Positions 1 to 12,640 of a stretch of DNA of 64,000 nucleotides are shown here, piece by piece. The notes beneath the pieces were generated by a model. The model had not been told where the DNA came from. It saw only the letters and a list, made by a program, of their open reading frames with translations, and searched no databases. The first letter of the stretch is position 1; each line of letters starts with the position of its first letter. Source of the DNA: the human T2T-CHM13v2.0 reference genome, Homo sapiens; assembly GCF_009914755.1 (NCBI RefSeq), contig NC_060928.1. One strand, written 5' to 3'. The translations under genes and the position numbers were made by a program.

Positions 1-445
1 ATAGTTTAGGTGTAAGCCAAGAGTTTAGGCTTTGTTTACAGAATTTGGAGCTTCCTCTCTCTGCCTTTCTTCTTTCTGGGACCTGCCTTTGATCTTTCAA
101 TGGCTGTGATTGTCCCAAACTCTGTCTTCTGGTTCTTTAGCTCAGAAGTTTGGTAGGTTTTCTATCACATTTTTAAACACCTTACCAGGCACAGGCTGTG
201 AAGGTCCCTCAGTGTAGAAGCCCCCTAAAAGGAAAATATGTCCCATGCTGCTCCCTTTTTCCAAGTACTGACTCCCCATCCCAAATTTGCTGCTTCTTCC
301 CCCTCCTCCTCCTCATCCTCCTTTTTTAAAATTTCCTCTCTAGTAACTTCTGTAGTTGTTTTTATAATTACTCCAGAATGTATAGTTGTTTCCTGAGAAG
401 GATCAGCCTAGTATGAGTTTACTTGACCATTATTGGAAGTGGAAT
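1..445 (-). mobile_element. Ancient L1 (L1M-type) 5'-region fragment
   Basis: Pyrimidine-rich degenerate sequence resembling the reverse complement of old L1M 5' ends; similar in character to 39400-39925. Recognition from memory only. Confidence 0.4.
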
Positions 446-817
446 ACACATGATTGATATTTGAGCACAAATTATATTTTCTTTATAGAGAAAAGGGAGG
501 CCTGTCTTTAAACAAATATTTTGGGAAGCATTTGACTATCACCTGAACTCCTTGGCAGAATTTTTGGCTAAATATTGTAGTAAACCTGTTAATTCCAGGT
601 TCTTACAGTCACCATTATGAATACTCCTGAAAAACTATGGTACCGTGGCTAAGCTGCCATTTCAGACAAAGATATTGGAGGTAGGAGAACCATAGGTATT
701 TTGCTATATTGTATGAAGTGCTTCAGTAGACTGGAATTGAAAGTAAACAACTATTCCAGATCAAAATATAAAGACATCTGAATACACATGGAAGAATTAT
801 CATGTTGAAGATCACTT

Positions 818-1170
818 GTGTCAGGCAGCTAGTACTCACCAACTATCTATAAATTCCCCACATTTCTCAGCCTCCCTTGCAGTTTTGTTGGGTTTACATG
901 ACTAATTCTGGACTGTGCATTGTAAGCGCAATGACATCTATCTCTTCTGAGCTAAGGCATTTTAGAGTTAGTGAGCTGCCTCTACCGTTCTCTCCCACTT
1001 CCATGGAAACCTCAGTGACCACATGCTCTGCATGGCATAGTATTTCTATTGAAGAGGGTCGCCTGGCCTTTGACACACTTGACAGGAGCAGGAATTAAGA
1101 CCTTATTTTATTAAGCTACTCATTTTGGCGCTGCTCTGTTGTGTCAGCTATTTTTAAATACCTGAATATA
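818..1170 (+). mobile_element. Old MaLR solo LTR (MLT1I/J-like)
   Basis: MLT1 hallmarks: 'catttctcagcctcccttgcagtt...catgactaattctgg' and the terminal 'ttaagctactcattttggcg...gttgtgtcagc'. Confidence 0.6.
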
Positions 1171-2109
1171 TGACTCTACCGTTTAAATTTCTATTCAAAT
1201 ATGATTTACAAGTTTTTATTAAAATTGCCCTTGGAAAATTTACTGAAAGTTTACTTGTCTTTAATTGCAGGATTTTAAAATTTGTATGTAGTGCCTTTTT
1301 CTCCCTAAGAGTAGTCAATTTTTACTCTCAAAAAATATGAAATATTTTTATGCTTGGAGTTCAGAATAAAAGATATTTCCAATGGAATAAAATAAATGTA
1401 TATATCTTTATTAGATAATTGAATTATTTAATTTGGTCATAGCAGGGAAGTTTTCAAAAGTCCTTATGCACAAATTGAAGATATTAGATTATTAAAGCGT
1501 TGATGGCCTCTAGAGCAATGCTGTAAACATGTATGTTTGCTCTACTTTGATACTTTCAGTCACCAAGTTATTCAGTCATAGGATAAATGATAAAGTCTTA
1601 ATTTCCAAATATTGCTGCAATAATGCAAACTCTGTGATGCCACAGGCATAACTTTTTGGAATTCTTCAGCTTGAGTCTAAATGTGAATATCACACATTTT
1701 GACCTAGGTATATATAATTTTGGCAAAACCACTCTCCCATTATACCTCTAATTCGGTTTCACCTGCTTCTCTTCTCCAGTCCAGCTGGGGTGTCATGCTT
1801 GACGGAGCCCTGCCCCTACTGCCATTGCCATTGGTTTGCAGATATTTATCCTCAGAGGTCTTCTCTTCTCATGCCATTTTGACACCCTGCTCAAGAGCAT
1901 TGAAAACTTACTAGATGGAGCCAGGACCTCTTGACATCTTAACTGAAAGGACTCACTAAGCTCTTTCTTAAATGAAGATGAAAATTAAATAAATCATACA
2001 AGTCAACAAGAAAAATGTCTGAAAAGCAGCTCAGTCTTGAAAAGCCCAATATAAAAACTCCACACACCTACTCTTTGCCTTCATTCTTGGAGAACTATTA
2101 TTCAGTTTC

Positions 2110-2875
2110 CCACCCGTCAGCCTTGATATTCTCCCTTACCCCACCTATCTGCTCACCCAAGTTCTACCAGTGTTACTTCAAAGAATCTCTATGATCTGTC
2201 TCAGTCTCTCCATCTCCACTGCTAGCACTCCAGTTCAAACCACTGGTATTGCCCGCCTGAGCTGCTGCAACAGTCTCCTGTCCCCAACAGCCTCTCATGC
2301 CTCAATCAAATTCTCACTAGAATTCTATACCCAGAGTGACGGTTTTCAATGTGCAAGCAAAATTATGCCATCTCTCTGTTTAAAGCCCTTTTATTTTTCC
2401 TTGCTCTTAGGAAGGAGAACAAGCCTCATAATATAGCATACAAGGATGTGAAAAATCTGCCCCTCAATAGACACTCTGGTGTTACTCCTCACCAATCGCC
2501 CCTCACTCTTGCTCCTCCAGTAATGTTGCCTTCCTTACGAGTCTGTCAGGGCCGTCAGTTAGCCTGGTACATTCTACATCAAGTTAATATACATTTGTCC
2601 TTCATGTTACCATATTACATCCTAATGAAACTTCCTAACAGGTCTTGATGTTATGTTTCCTCTTACCCCTTCATATATTTTTCTTCATAGAACTAAAGAT
2701 TGTATTTATACATTTAATTTGTGACTTCTAAAACAGGTCTGTCTTCTGGTAGATGACAAGGAAGGTGCGATGCTTATTTTAACTCACCATTTTATTCCTA
2801 GAATCCTCCTACTATATAATTGAAGCTCAAGAAATATCTATTATATGATTGTATGAATAAATAATTAAATGAACA
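2110..2875 (+). mobile_element. L2 LINE 3' portion
   Basis: 'ctctccatctccactgctagcactccagttcaaaccact...ctgctgcaacagtctcctg' and the terminal 'gaataaataattaaatgaa' repeat typical of the L2 3' end. Confidence 0.7.
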
Positions 2876-3908
2876 AATATAGCAGATTATCTTGCTAGAT
2901 ACACTTAATAGAAAATGAAATATAGAAATAATAGAGTGCTATATAGTATTGTCTAATCCTAGGATTGAAGGGTAAGAAAAGGTAATTAGAACAACATTAA
3001 TGCCAGATCTCCTACTATAAGTGGGAATTCCAAAATGAATCTTTTCTTTTTGCATTTTTTATTATGAATGCCTCTGATTTTAAAAGATTCTGTCATTTTT
3101 ATTATGTTTCTAGATCACATGTGCATAGATGTAGCAGCATTTCTAGAATTAAAAAGAATTAGAATAATTGACTATGGCACTTGATAATAAACTTCAAGAA
3201 ATGGTTTAGGATTAAACAAGTATGACCTATACAGTGCATTTATACAAAATAATGAACAATTTTTTTACATATTCACCCTATTCCCAAATACCGCATTTGT
3301 TGAAATGTTATGAGAAACATTCTTTTAAAAGTCAAATCTAGCATGCATCATTTGTTTGACAAATCTATGCCTGCAACACTTACCATCATTTCTCTTTTTA
3401 AGTTTCTTCTTAAAAAGATGTGTCATATTTTGGAAAAAAAAAAAAAAAAACAAAGACTTGACAAGCTTTCACAAAGACAGAATTTCTACAATTGTGTCTA
3501 CAGAAGAATCACTGGTGTATTTTTACTCATGACCCACTGCTGTTTCATTTCCCTTTTAGTTGTGTTTGCCAGATTTGGTATCCTGCTGTTTGGTTCAATA
3601 AACAAGATGCTGCATTTATGCAAAAGATTATTGAATGCTGGGTAAATGAGTTGCCTGAAGGTTGACTGGTCTGGAAACTTATGTCTCAGAAGCCTTAAGA
3701 GCTCTCTTGGCATGCTAAGGAGTGACCTAGGCGTGCTAAGGAGTACTGCCTCTTTCTGTCTCAAGGACATGTTTCTATTCAGAAGATGAAACACTGAATT
3801 GATATTAGAGATGGATGGTTTTTAATCCTGCCTTGTGATCTACAAGAAACTAACACTATGGTTTAGTTACTTAATGAAGATGAAATGAGTACCTTTTTGT
3901 ACAATACA

Positions 3909-4031
3909 TTTTAATTTTTATTTTTTGTTTCCATAGGTTTTGGGGGGACAGGTGGTGTTTTGTTACATGGATAAGTTCTTTGGCAGTGATTCCTGAGATC
4001 TTGGTGCACACAACACCTGAGCAGTTGTACA
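3909..4031 (-). mobile_element. L1PB 3'-end fragment
   Basis: T-rich tail then 'ataggttttggggggacaggtggtgttttgttacatggataagttcttt', matching the L1PB 3' UTR also seen at 32590-32680. Confidence 0.8.
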
Positions 4032-4069
4032 ATACATTTTCATACTTTGCTTACACTGGGAAGTTTGGT

Positions 4070-4300
4070 AATACCTATGAAAGTTTCACAATCAAATACT
4101 CCGTATTTCCATATTTAAGAATATATCCTATACATATATTTTCGCATATACATAAGAACCTGTGGTCAATGATATTCATTATAGCATTGTTAACAGAAGA
4201 AAAAACTTAACCTAACCAAAAATGTAACTGGTTTAGTAAATTATGGCATATTCATTCAATTGAGTATTATGTGATACTTTTAAATGAACATATTATATCT
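4070..4300 (+). mobile_element. Old L1ME fragment (ORF2 end/3' UTR); a possible further piece at ~5370-5530
   Basis: 'gatattcattatagcattgt...aaattatggcatattcattcaattgagtattatg' resembles the conserved L1 ORF2 C-terminal region. Confidence 0.5.
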
Positions 4301-4862
4301 GTAGGTCCTTTTTATAGAGGGGTATGCTATTTCTCCACTTCACTGAGAGTTTCCATATGTAGGGAATTTTCCCTTTAACAGTCTACATTGAACCCATGAA
4401 TTATTCAATAAACACTGGATTAAGTGAGTGATTCTAGTAAAAGCCCACAATTGTTAGAGTAACTTTTACTCTAACAGTCACTCAGAGATGAAAGGTAAAT
4501 ATATTCAGTAGCTTTATGAAAAATTCTAGACGTTCTAAATTGTTTTGGTTTACACTTACTCCTCCACGTTTAGTTATGTCAGCAACTGCTGAGTGGGAGA
4601 TAGGCATTGATTAATGTTTCTCAAATTGGTAGAACCAATCCAGCAACTCAGACTTTTTAGTCCTTCTGCCTCCACTCAGACAGTGGGAGAAATAAGTTGT
4701 AGTGTGTCTGCTCTGCACTCAACTTTTTCTCCAGTCAGCTGTTCCAAGGTCTCTACTGGGGAACTGGGGATTAGCAAGCCCTTTGGTTCTCATTTTAAGC
4801 TAAGTCCTCTTACCTGTTCTTCATCAGTACTAAAACCAGTTTTTGGGTTCTCCAACTGGTGA

Positions 4863-5213
<351 letters not shown>

Positions 5214-5619
5214 GAGTCATGCTTTTTATTGGACCACCTCAAAAATCCCCAAAGCATTGATATTAAGTGATCTTCAGATATAAAATTAAATGGAAAACCT
5301 AAGACGTTCAGTAATGGGTATCATTTATATTTAAAGGAGTGTTTACATTTATGTTGGTATATTCATTAACTCTCTCTGAAAGTTCATAAAGTGGGTATCA
5401 CTGTAGAAAACAATTTTCAGGAAAAAAAGAGCCATGGAGGGAGGCCTCTTTTTCACTATATATTTTATCTATTTTTTAATCTGTGTGCACATATTACTTT
5501 TCCAAAAAAAGTAAAATAAAAATGTAAATATATAAATAAATGCATTCTAATTAAACATAATCTGTTCTTAGCAAGTAATACAATTAAGTAATATGATTAT
5601 CTTAGAGATTACTATTAAT

Positions 5620-5837
5620 TGAGGTAATGGCTATGCCAGGCTCTTTGCTAAGCATTATGGTTCCTATCTTATTTATGGTTCCATCAACTCTATAAGGTAG
5701 CTAGAGTTTGTGTATTTTCAGATGAAGACGTTGGCCCTAAAGAGGAGTTTGCACAAGGTTACACAGTATTTATCATGGCAACAGTGTAAACCCAGGTTTT
5801 CATAATTTCAAAGGCCATGCTCACTAATATTACACTG
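5620..5837 (-). mobile_element. MIR
   Basis: MIR core 'attttcagatgaagacgttggccctaaagaggagtttgcacaaggttacacag'. Confidence 0.7.
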
Positions 5838-6235
5838 AGGTTCAGCTTATAACCCATTTCATTTATTCACCCTAGAAGGACTGCATTGAGCCAAGGAATG
5901 GTGGTGAACCAGAACTATTGCCATTTCATTTGGTATTGGAGATCTGTGAATGCATGGGAGTGCTTTGTATTAAGGCCTAGAAATCCTTTGTTTAAGTTGC
6001 AAGTGGATTTAGTATTGATCATTATAGCTGAGCTAAAAAATACCCTTTTATGATCAGGCAGCTAGTTCCCTGGAGAAGCCATGGCAAGTGGATCACAGAA
6101 GGGGTGCATAAGTGGCTCTATCTTTCTAGTAGTCTTGATTGTGGCATCATAAAGATGTGTGTGGCTTTGTTTAGGGGCTTACAACAGAATTGGCAATGTG
6201 AAGCCAGCACTGACTAATATATTGCATTTATTTCA

Positions 6236-6390
6236 TATATTTATATGCTATATATATGAAAAAATATATATGAAATAAATATATTGCGTTTATTACTAAT
6301 CTCTAGTATATCAGACTAATGTGTATATTAGAGACTAATCCATTGCATTTATTTCATATATATTTTTCATATATGTAGCATAGAAATATA
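6236..6390. repeat. AT-rich imperfect palindrome (fold-back duplication)
   Basis: 6236-6280 is a near-exact reverse complement of 6347-6390; 6297-6310 also pairs with 6324-6337. Confidence 0.8.
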
Positions 6391-6416
6391 CATATATGTA
6401 TATCTATACATATACA

Positions 6417-6563
6417 TAGACAAGTACTTACTCTGTTGCCCAGACTAGAATTTAGTGGCATGATCATAGCTCAGTGTGGCCTCGAACTCCTGGGTTCAAG
6501 AATTTCTCCTGCCTCCGCCTCCCAAAGTGCTAGGATTACAGGCATGAGCCACTGTGCCCAGCC
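6417..6563 (-). mobile_element. Old Alu monomer (AluJ/FRAM-like)
   Basis: 'ctctgttgcccagactagaatttagtggcatgatcatagctca...tcctgggttcaag...cccaaagtgctaggattacaggcatgagccactgtgcccagcc'. Confidence 0.9.
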
Positions 6564-6674
6564 TATCTCATAATTTTAATCTAAAGTACACTGTGTTTCT
6601 TTTGGTATATTTATGAACTCGAGGTCACTCCATGTCATAGAATTTCCTTGGGAGCTAGAACAATCAACTCTTCT

Positions 6675-6857
6675 TAACTCTGCTATTTTCTAGTGGGTGA
6701 CCTTGGGCAACTTAACTCTTCATTTTTCCCATCTCTTAAATGAGGTGTTAAGAATACTTATCGCATAAGGTTATTATGAAGATTAAATGAAAGAGTTGAC
6801 ATATAATGCTTAGGGCCCATACTAAGTGCCAACAATTCTTACCTATTTATTATTACT
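6675..6857 (+). mobile_element. MIR
   Basis: 'gtgaccttgggcaacttaac...cccatctcttaaatgagg...gttattatgaagattaaatga' and an ATT-rich tail. Confidence 0.75.
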
Positions 6858-7647
6858 ATCATATTCTTTATTCTAAAAATCAGTTTTATATGTGCCTAAG
6901 ACCTTAAAACTGTAATATTCCTCTTATATATAGTAATAATTATGTGCAACATTGTATTTGGACAATTATGTCAAATAAACTAAATATTAACTAGAATATT
7001 TTACATTTATAGCTCCTTTTGTGAAACTTTAATGTATTGTAAACTCAAACCAGCTTGGAATAAATTTCATAATTTTTTCTTTCATCAGTCAGATTGATTA
7101 AACCAAAACAGAGCTGAACACATGTATTTTTTAGTCTTAGAGTGATACGAGTGATAATGTAAGCTATATAACTGTTAAAGAAGTGAGGCAAAAAATTAAT
7201 ATTTTGAATAAAAATCTATTTGCATTCATTATATTATTATGAGCATATAAATTGGTTGAAGTTTATAATGAGCTGATTGCTCTCCAGATACACACTATGA
7301 ATTTATTTTTCTAATTTAATATTATACGCTACTTGCATTTTTGAAGTGCATGGTGGGGAGGTTATTACGTCATTATGGCTGTTATTTTATCCCTAACATG
7401 GCATAGTAGGAATATATAAATATTAGGCACTAGACATCTTCAATTTTTACTCTAAATATTATTGTATCTGTAAGTTTTATATGTCTATTTATTATATTCA
7501 TGCATGACTCATTCTGAAATTATTCCTTGGCTACAAGTTCTGTTGAATTTTATGTGTCATTCATTTAATTTTTAATTAATATTTACTGTTTTTCTTAATT
7601 TTGTTTTTATTATAACTAGTTCTCTCTATGATCTAAAAAAGATATAA

Positions 7648-8290
7648 TTTTTGTCAATAGTTTATTGAGACATAATTTACACACAGTAAAGTGCCAAATT
7701 TTAGATATAATCATCATTGAATTTTATCAAATGTATATACCTGTGTAATTCTCTTCCAGATAAAATAAATAGAAGATAGTAAACATCCAGAAGTCTCACA
7801 TCTGTTCCTCTTGATTACTATACTGAAGTTTAGATTTGTCTGTTTTAAAAATTCATGTTTAATGAATCATACGGTAGGTTCTATGTTGTGTGTAATCTTT
7901 TCTTTTGCTCAACATCATGTTTATTAGATTTGTTCAAGTTATTGTGTGACACATGTTTATTCCTTTTTCATTGTCAGATAGTTTTCCATTTTATGAGTAT
8001 AAATAGTATATTTCTCTAATTTATTTTTGATAGATTTTTCCAGTTCTTGTCTATGAACAAAGCTGCTGTGAACATTTTTCCATATATTTTTGGTGCAAAT
8101 ATTTACTTATTACTGTTAGGTACATACATTGTAGTATAATTACTGAGTCACAGGGTATGTTTTTGTTCAGCTTTAGTAGACATTCCTAAATAAATTTTCA
8201 AAGTGGTTATAACTAATGTATATTCCCACTGATAATGTATAAAAATTTCATTTGCTTCACATCCTCAGAAATATTTGGTATTGTTATTCT
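7648..8290 (-). mobile_element. Old L1 (L1MC/ME-type) 3' end
   Basis: 'tttattgagacataatttacacacagtaaagtgc...aaagctgctgtgaacatt...ttttcaaagtggttata' is the antisense L1 3' UTR/ORF2 end. Confidence 0.75.
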
Positions 8291-8894
8291 GAAGAATGAG
8301 TGGCGGAATCTCATGTTTTCTTTGGCTTCATATTATTTTGCATTGTTTTATAATTTTATTACATTTGATTTATGTTCTGTACACTTAACCTATTGTAAGT
8401 GTATATTTCAATGATTTTCAGTAAATTTATATGGTATTGAAATAAACCTCAACAATTCAATTTAAGAACACTTTCATAGTCTCTCAAATATCACACATAC
8501 CTGTATGTATTTCATCTTCTCTCTTCCCTAAAACTCAGAAAACCACTGATATGCTTTCTGCCTTTATAATTTTATTGTTCTCAAAATTTCATTTAAATAA
8601 AATCATACAACGTGAAGTCTTTTGTGTCTGTACTTTGCTTAGCATAATACTTTGAGGTATACCCACATTATTTTGTTTATCACTAGTTGTTTCCTTTTCC
8701 TTTTCTGAGTACTGTTCCACTGCATATATCACATTTTGTTTCCACTCACCAGTTGATGGACATTTGCATTGTTTTCAACTTTTGGCAAATAAAAACAATG
8801 CTGCTATGAACATTCATATGCAAGCCTCTGTGTGGAGATGGGTATTTATATCTTTTGGGTTGATCCCTACGAGTGGAATTGCTGGGCCATATGG

Positions 8895-9511
8895 CATATC
8901 AGTTTTTCATTGCTGCATAACAAATCACCACAAACTTAGTGATTAAAAACAGCATCCATTTATTTTCCCATAATTCTGCATGTCAGAAGTCTAGGCAGGC
9001 TTAACTGGGCTCTCTGCTTAGAGTCTCACAAGCTGAAGTCAAGTTATAGGCCATTTGGGCTCTCAAATGGAAACTCTGGGGAAGAATACTTCCCAAGGAT
9101 CAATTGTTAAGTATTGGTGAAATCCAGTTCCTTGCAGTTGTAGAACTGAGGTTCTCATTTCCTTGCTGGGAGGTGCTTTCAGCTTCTAGAGGCAACCCAG
9201 ATAATTTATCAGGCAAGACAGCAATGGAGCATCAAATCCTTCTTTTGTTTCAGATTTCTGTGAATTTCCCCTTTTCTACCAGCTGGAGGAAATGCTCTGC
9301 ATTTAAAGGGCTTGTGTGATTAAAATGGGCCCAACTTCATAACCCTCCTTAGACCTCAAGTCAATTGATTAGTGCCCTTACTTACAATCATAAAATCCCT
9401 TTTTATATTATAACCTAATATAATTACAGCTACAATGTTTCATTATATTAACAATCCTGAGGGTGTCAGGCAAGAAATCTTGGGGACCAGTTTTTAATTC
9501 TACCTACTACA
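8895..9511 (-). mobile_element. MLT1E-like solo LTR with TSD TATGG
   Basis: 'ttgctgcataacaaatcaccacaaacttagtgattaaaaacagc...ttctacctactaca'; TATGG at 8890-8894 and 9512-9516. Confidence 0.85.
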
Positions 9512-10129
9512 TATGGCAACATACGCTAATTTATTTTTAAAACTTCCTTATTGTTTTGTAAAGCAACTCTGGTGTATTACTACAATCATACTGTCATTTT
9601 ATGAAGCTTTTAGATTTTCCACATCCTTATGAATATTTGGTATTGTAAGTTTTATAATGCCCATTATATTATACATGTAGTTGTATTTCGTTGTATTTTG
9701 ATTTTCATTTTATTAATGGCTAAGTATGTTAAACTTACTCTCATGTGATTAATAGCTATTTATATTCTTCAGTGAAATGTCTATTTAAATATTTTGCCAA
9801 ATTTAAAATTTTTTTTAAATTGAGTCATAAAAGTCTTATATTTTCTGGATTCAAGTTTATTATCAGGAAAATGATTTATAAATATATTCTATAATTTTGT
9901 GGCTTGTATTTTCACTTTCTTAATGATTACTTTGAAGAACGAATGCTTTTACTGTTGATAGAATCCAATCTTTTTTTATGGATCATGCTTTTGATGTCAG
10001 ATGTAAGAAATCTTTGACTAACCAAAGATCATAAAGATTTTCTTCTAAAGGTTTTATATTTTTAGCTCTTACATTTAGAACTATGATACATTTTGAGTTA
10101 ATTTTTGTGTGTGATGTGCAGTAAAGGTC

Positions 10130-10727
10130 TGTTTTAGTTTTCTATTTCTGCATTAAGTCATAAACTTAGGGATTTAAAATAATACCCACTTATCTCACAA
10201 TTTCCTTGGGCTCAGAGCCTGAGTACAGCTTAGTTGGGTCCTTTGCTCAGGATCTCACAAGGATGCAACCAAGGTGTCAGTCAGGCTGCATTCTCATCTG
10301 CAGAAATAACTAGAGAAAATAGAAAGAGTCATTTCCAAACTTATTCAGGTTGTTGGCAGAATTCATTTCCTTATGACTGTGTGACTGAGAGCATAGGATT
10401 TTTTTTGATCGCCTGCTGAGACTGACAGTTCCTTGCTATGTGGGCTTCCACCACATGGATGAAAACTAAATCAAGTCAGCAAGGAGAGTCTCCCATGCCA
10501 GTTTGTTGGGACAGAATCTTATATTATATCATGTAATTATGGTCATGATTTCTCATTACTATTGCCATATAATATTACCTGATCATGAGAGTGACATGCC
10601 ATTACCTTTGCCTTTTTTATTGGTTAGATGCAAGTTACAGGTTCCACCGACACTCAAGTGGAGGGGATTAAACAAAGGCATGGACACATCAAGGTGGGAA
10701 ATATCACTCTAGAGTTTGTTCATCACA
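10130..10727 (-). mobile_element. MLT1F-like solo LTR
   Basis: TG...CA ends; 'ggtcctttgctcaggatctcacaaggatgcaaccaaggtgtcag', 'ttcaggttgttggcagaattcatttcctt'; imperfect TSD AGGTC/GAGTC. Confidence 0.85.
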
Positions 10728-11739
10728 GAGTCTAAGTTGATTTTTTTGTGGGAGTTATTTGTTAATTATAACAATAAAACTAAAAAACAGAGAAATGGAT
10801 GCAACATTTACTATTTGGAAATTTTTATTATTAATTATATATTATTATAATTTAATGTCATATTATTATATATACTTCATATTATTTTATATTGTTATAA
10901 TATTATGGAAAACAATAGAAAAATAAAAGGGTTATTATCAACTGGTGAACTTAGAGCAAAACAACAATCTTATAATAAGATGGAAAAGGAATTAAACTTT
11001 TGTAGCTTCATGGGTAGAATTAAGGTTATTGTTTCAAATGTGTAAAGAAGGAGATATTTTATCTTTGAAGAAAATGTCTTAACATCAGAATGGTTTAAAT
11101 AACTAGAAACTTAGATATTGTTCTTACTTTAAGGAAGGTTTCTGGTTTCTGGTAGTACATAAAGATCGCTATTTTTAGTTCTGTTTTTTGTAACATTATT
11201 TATTAGTTATACATTGCAGTCATTACTACAATATTTTGAAATATTTGCTAGGTTTTTTTTGCCTGCTATCCCCATTTTTTCATTGACACTTTCTTTATTT
11301 AGTAACTGGGTCATCCTGTATTTGTTGCTATAGGAAAGAAGCATAGAACAGAGAAAACATATTCTTTCCCAGATCCTGAGTTTTAAACTTTAGGCCTTGC
11401 AATGAATGAAAAGGATTCTGGTAAAGATAACACACTTGTTAAAATACTTGGATTTTTAGAAAACCATGGATTCCTGGCCTTAAGATAAAGGTCCTCCTTG
11501 CTGTAGAGGAAGGAGAATTATTCCAGGAGTGGTGAGAAGAGTTTAGTTGACAATAATTTGCTGATAGTGACTATTCCCTGAGCTCACGCTCCACCAGAAT
11601 AAGTGCAGAGGGATGTGGCATTGGGGAACTGTCTGCCCTGTCCTGGATAAAGTGGATGCCAACACTAAGAGTAGCTATGGCTGCCTGGCTTGTCTGGGCA
11701 GATGAGCAAAAAGTCACCCCACAGCACCCCTCTGGGCTT

Positions 11740-12618
11740 TGTGACAATTATCAGAATCAAAATGGAGTCACTAGTGTTTTTTTGTTTGTTTGTTTTTTAA
11801 GAAAAAAAAAAAAAAGTAGTTTGTTTTTTCCCTGAAAAATAGAGCCAGGGAAGACTATGAAGAAAGGGTTCTCATACTCCTATGCGTGATAACAAAAGTG
11901 TCAGAAAGCCTCTGTGTATTAGTTTGTTTTCATACTGCTATAAATAACTGCCTGAGACTGGGTAATTTATAAAGGAAAGGGGTTTAATTGACTCACAGTT
12001 CAGCATGGCTGTGAAAGCCTCAGGAAATTTACAATCATGCCCGAAGGTGAAGGAGAAGCAAGGCACCTTCTTCACGAGGCAGCAGGAAGAAGTGCAGAGC
12101 CAAGGGGGAAGAGCCCCTTATAAAACCATTAGATCTTGAGAGAACTCACTCACTATCATGAGAACAGCATGGAGGAATCTGCCCCCATGATTCAATTACC
12201 TCCACCTGGTCTCATGCTTGACACGTGGGGATTATTGGGATTATGAGGATTACAATTCAAGATGAAATTGGGTAGGGACACAAGCCTAACCATGTCACTC
12301 TGCAAAAAACACAAGCTTGCATAAAGGCCATCACAACTTTACACAAAAAATACTTCTGCAAGGACATCTGCCCATCAACTGCCTGTTCCATCTTAAACTG
12401 GCATCACCTTTGTTATTGATCTTTGTAGCCAAAGATAATTATCTCAAAACAATTATGTAATCCTCATTTTTTCTTTAAAAATGTTTGTCTTTATTTACCT
12501 TCCTGAATATTCACATAATTACTATGTCATGTGTATTTCCATTGCAATCTTCTACCCCTGAATCAATTTTTTTTTTAAATTTTAGAGAGTCTCTCTCTCT
12601 TTGTTGTGCAGGTTGACA
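11740..12618 (+). mobile_element. 5' LTR of the provirus (split by THE1)
   Basis: Shares 'cttctgcaaggacatct...caactgcctgt...ggcatcacc.ttgttattgatctttgtagccaa.gataattatctcaaaac' with the 3' LTR. Confidence 0.9.
11915..12297 (-). mobile_element. THE1 (THE1D-like) solo LTR with perfect TSD CTCTG
   Basis: 'tgtattagt...cctgagactgggtaatttataaaggaaa...cctcaggaaatttacaatcatg...catgtca'; CTCTG at 11910-11914 and 12298-12302. Confidence 0.95.
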
Positions 12619-12622
12619 TAAA

Positions 12623-12640
12623 TGGTGTCAGAAATGGGAC
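12623..12640 (+). other. Primer binding site complementary to the tRNA-Leu 3' end
   Basis: TGGTGTCAGAAATGGGAC matches TGGTGTCAGAAGTGGGAT (reverse complement of the tRNA-Leu 3' 18 nt) at 16/18 positions, 4 nt after the LTR end. Confidence 0.85.

Larger units (their letters stand above)
8350..10760 (-). mobile_element. L1MB-type 3' portion interrupted by two MLT1 LTRs
   Basis: 'gttgatggacatttgcattgttttcaacttttggc...gctgctatgaacattc...agtggaattgctgggccatatgg'. It resumes at 9512 and again at 10728. Confidence 0.8.

Noticed and set aside
3310-3794. Overlapping 111-aa and 98-aa ORFs and a short tandem GGC(A/G)TGCTAAGGAGT duplication
   Set aside because: No homology recognised; the poly-K comes from an A-run; a two-copy 15-mer is an ordinary slippage duplication.
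12623-12640. tRNA gene
   Set aside because: Only 18 nt complementary to a tRNA 3' end, placed right after an LTR; this is a PBS, with no cloverleaf.
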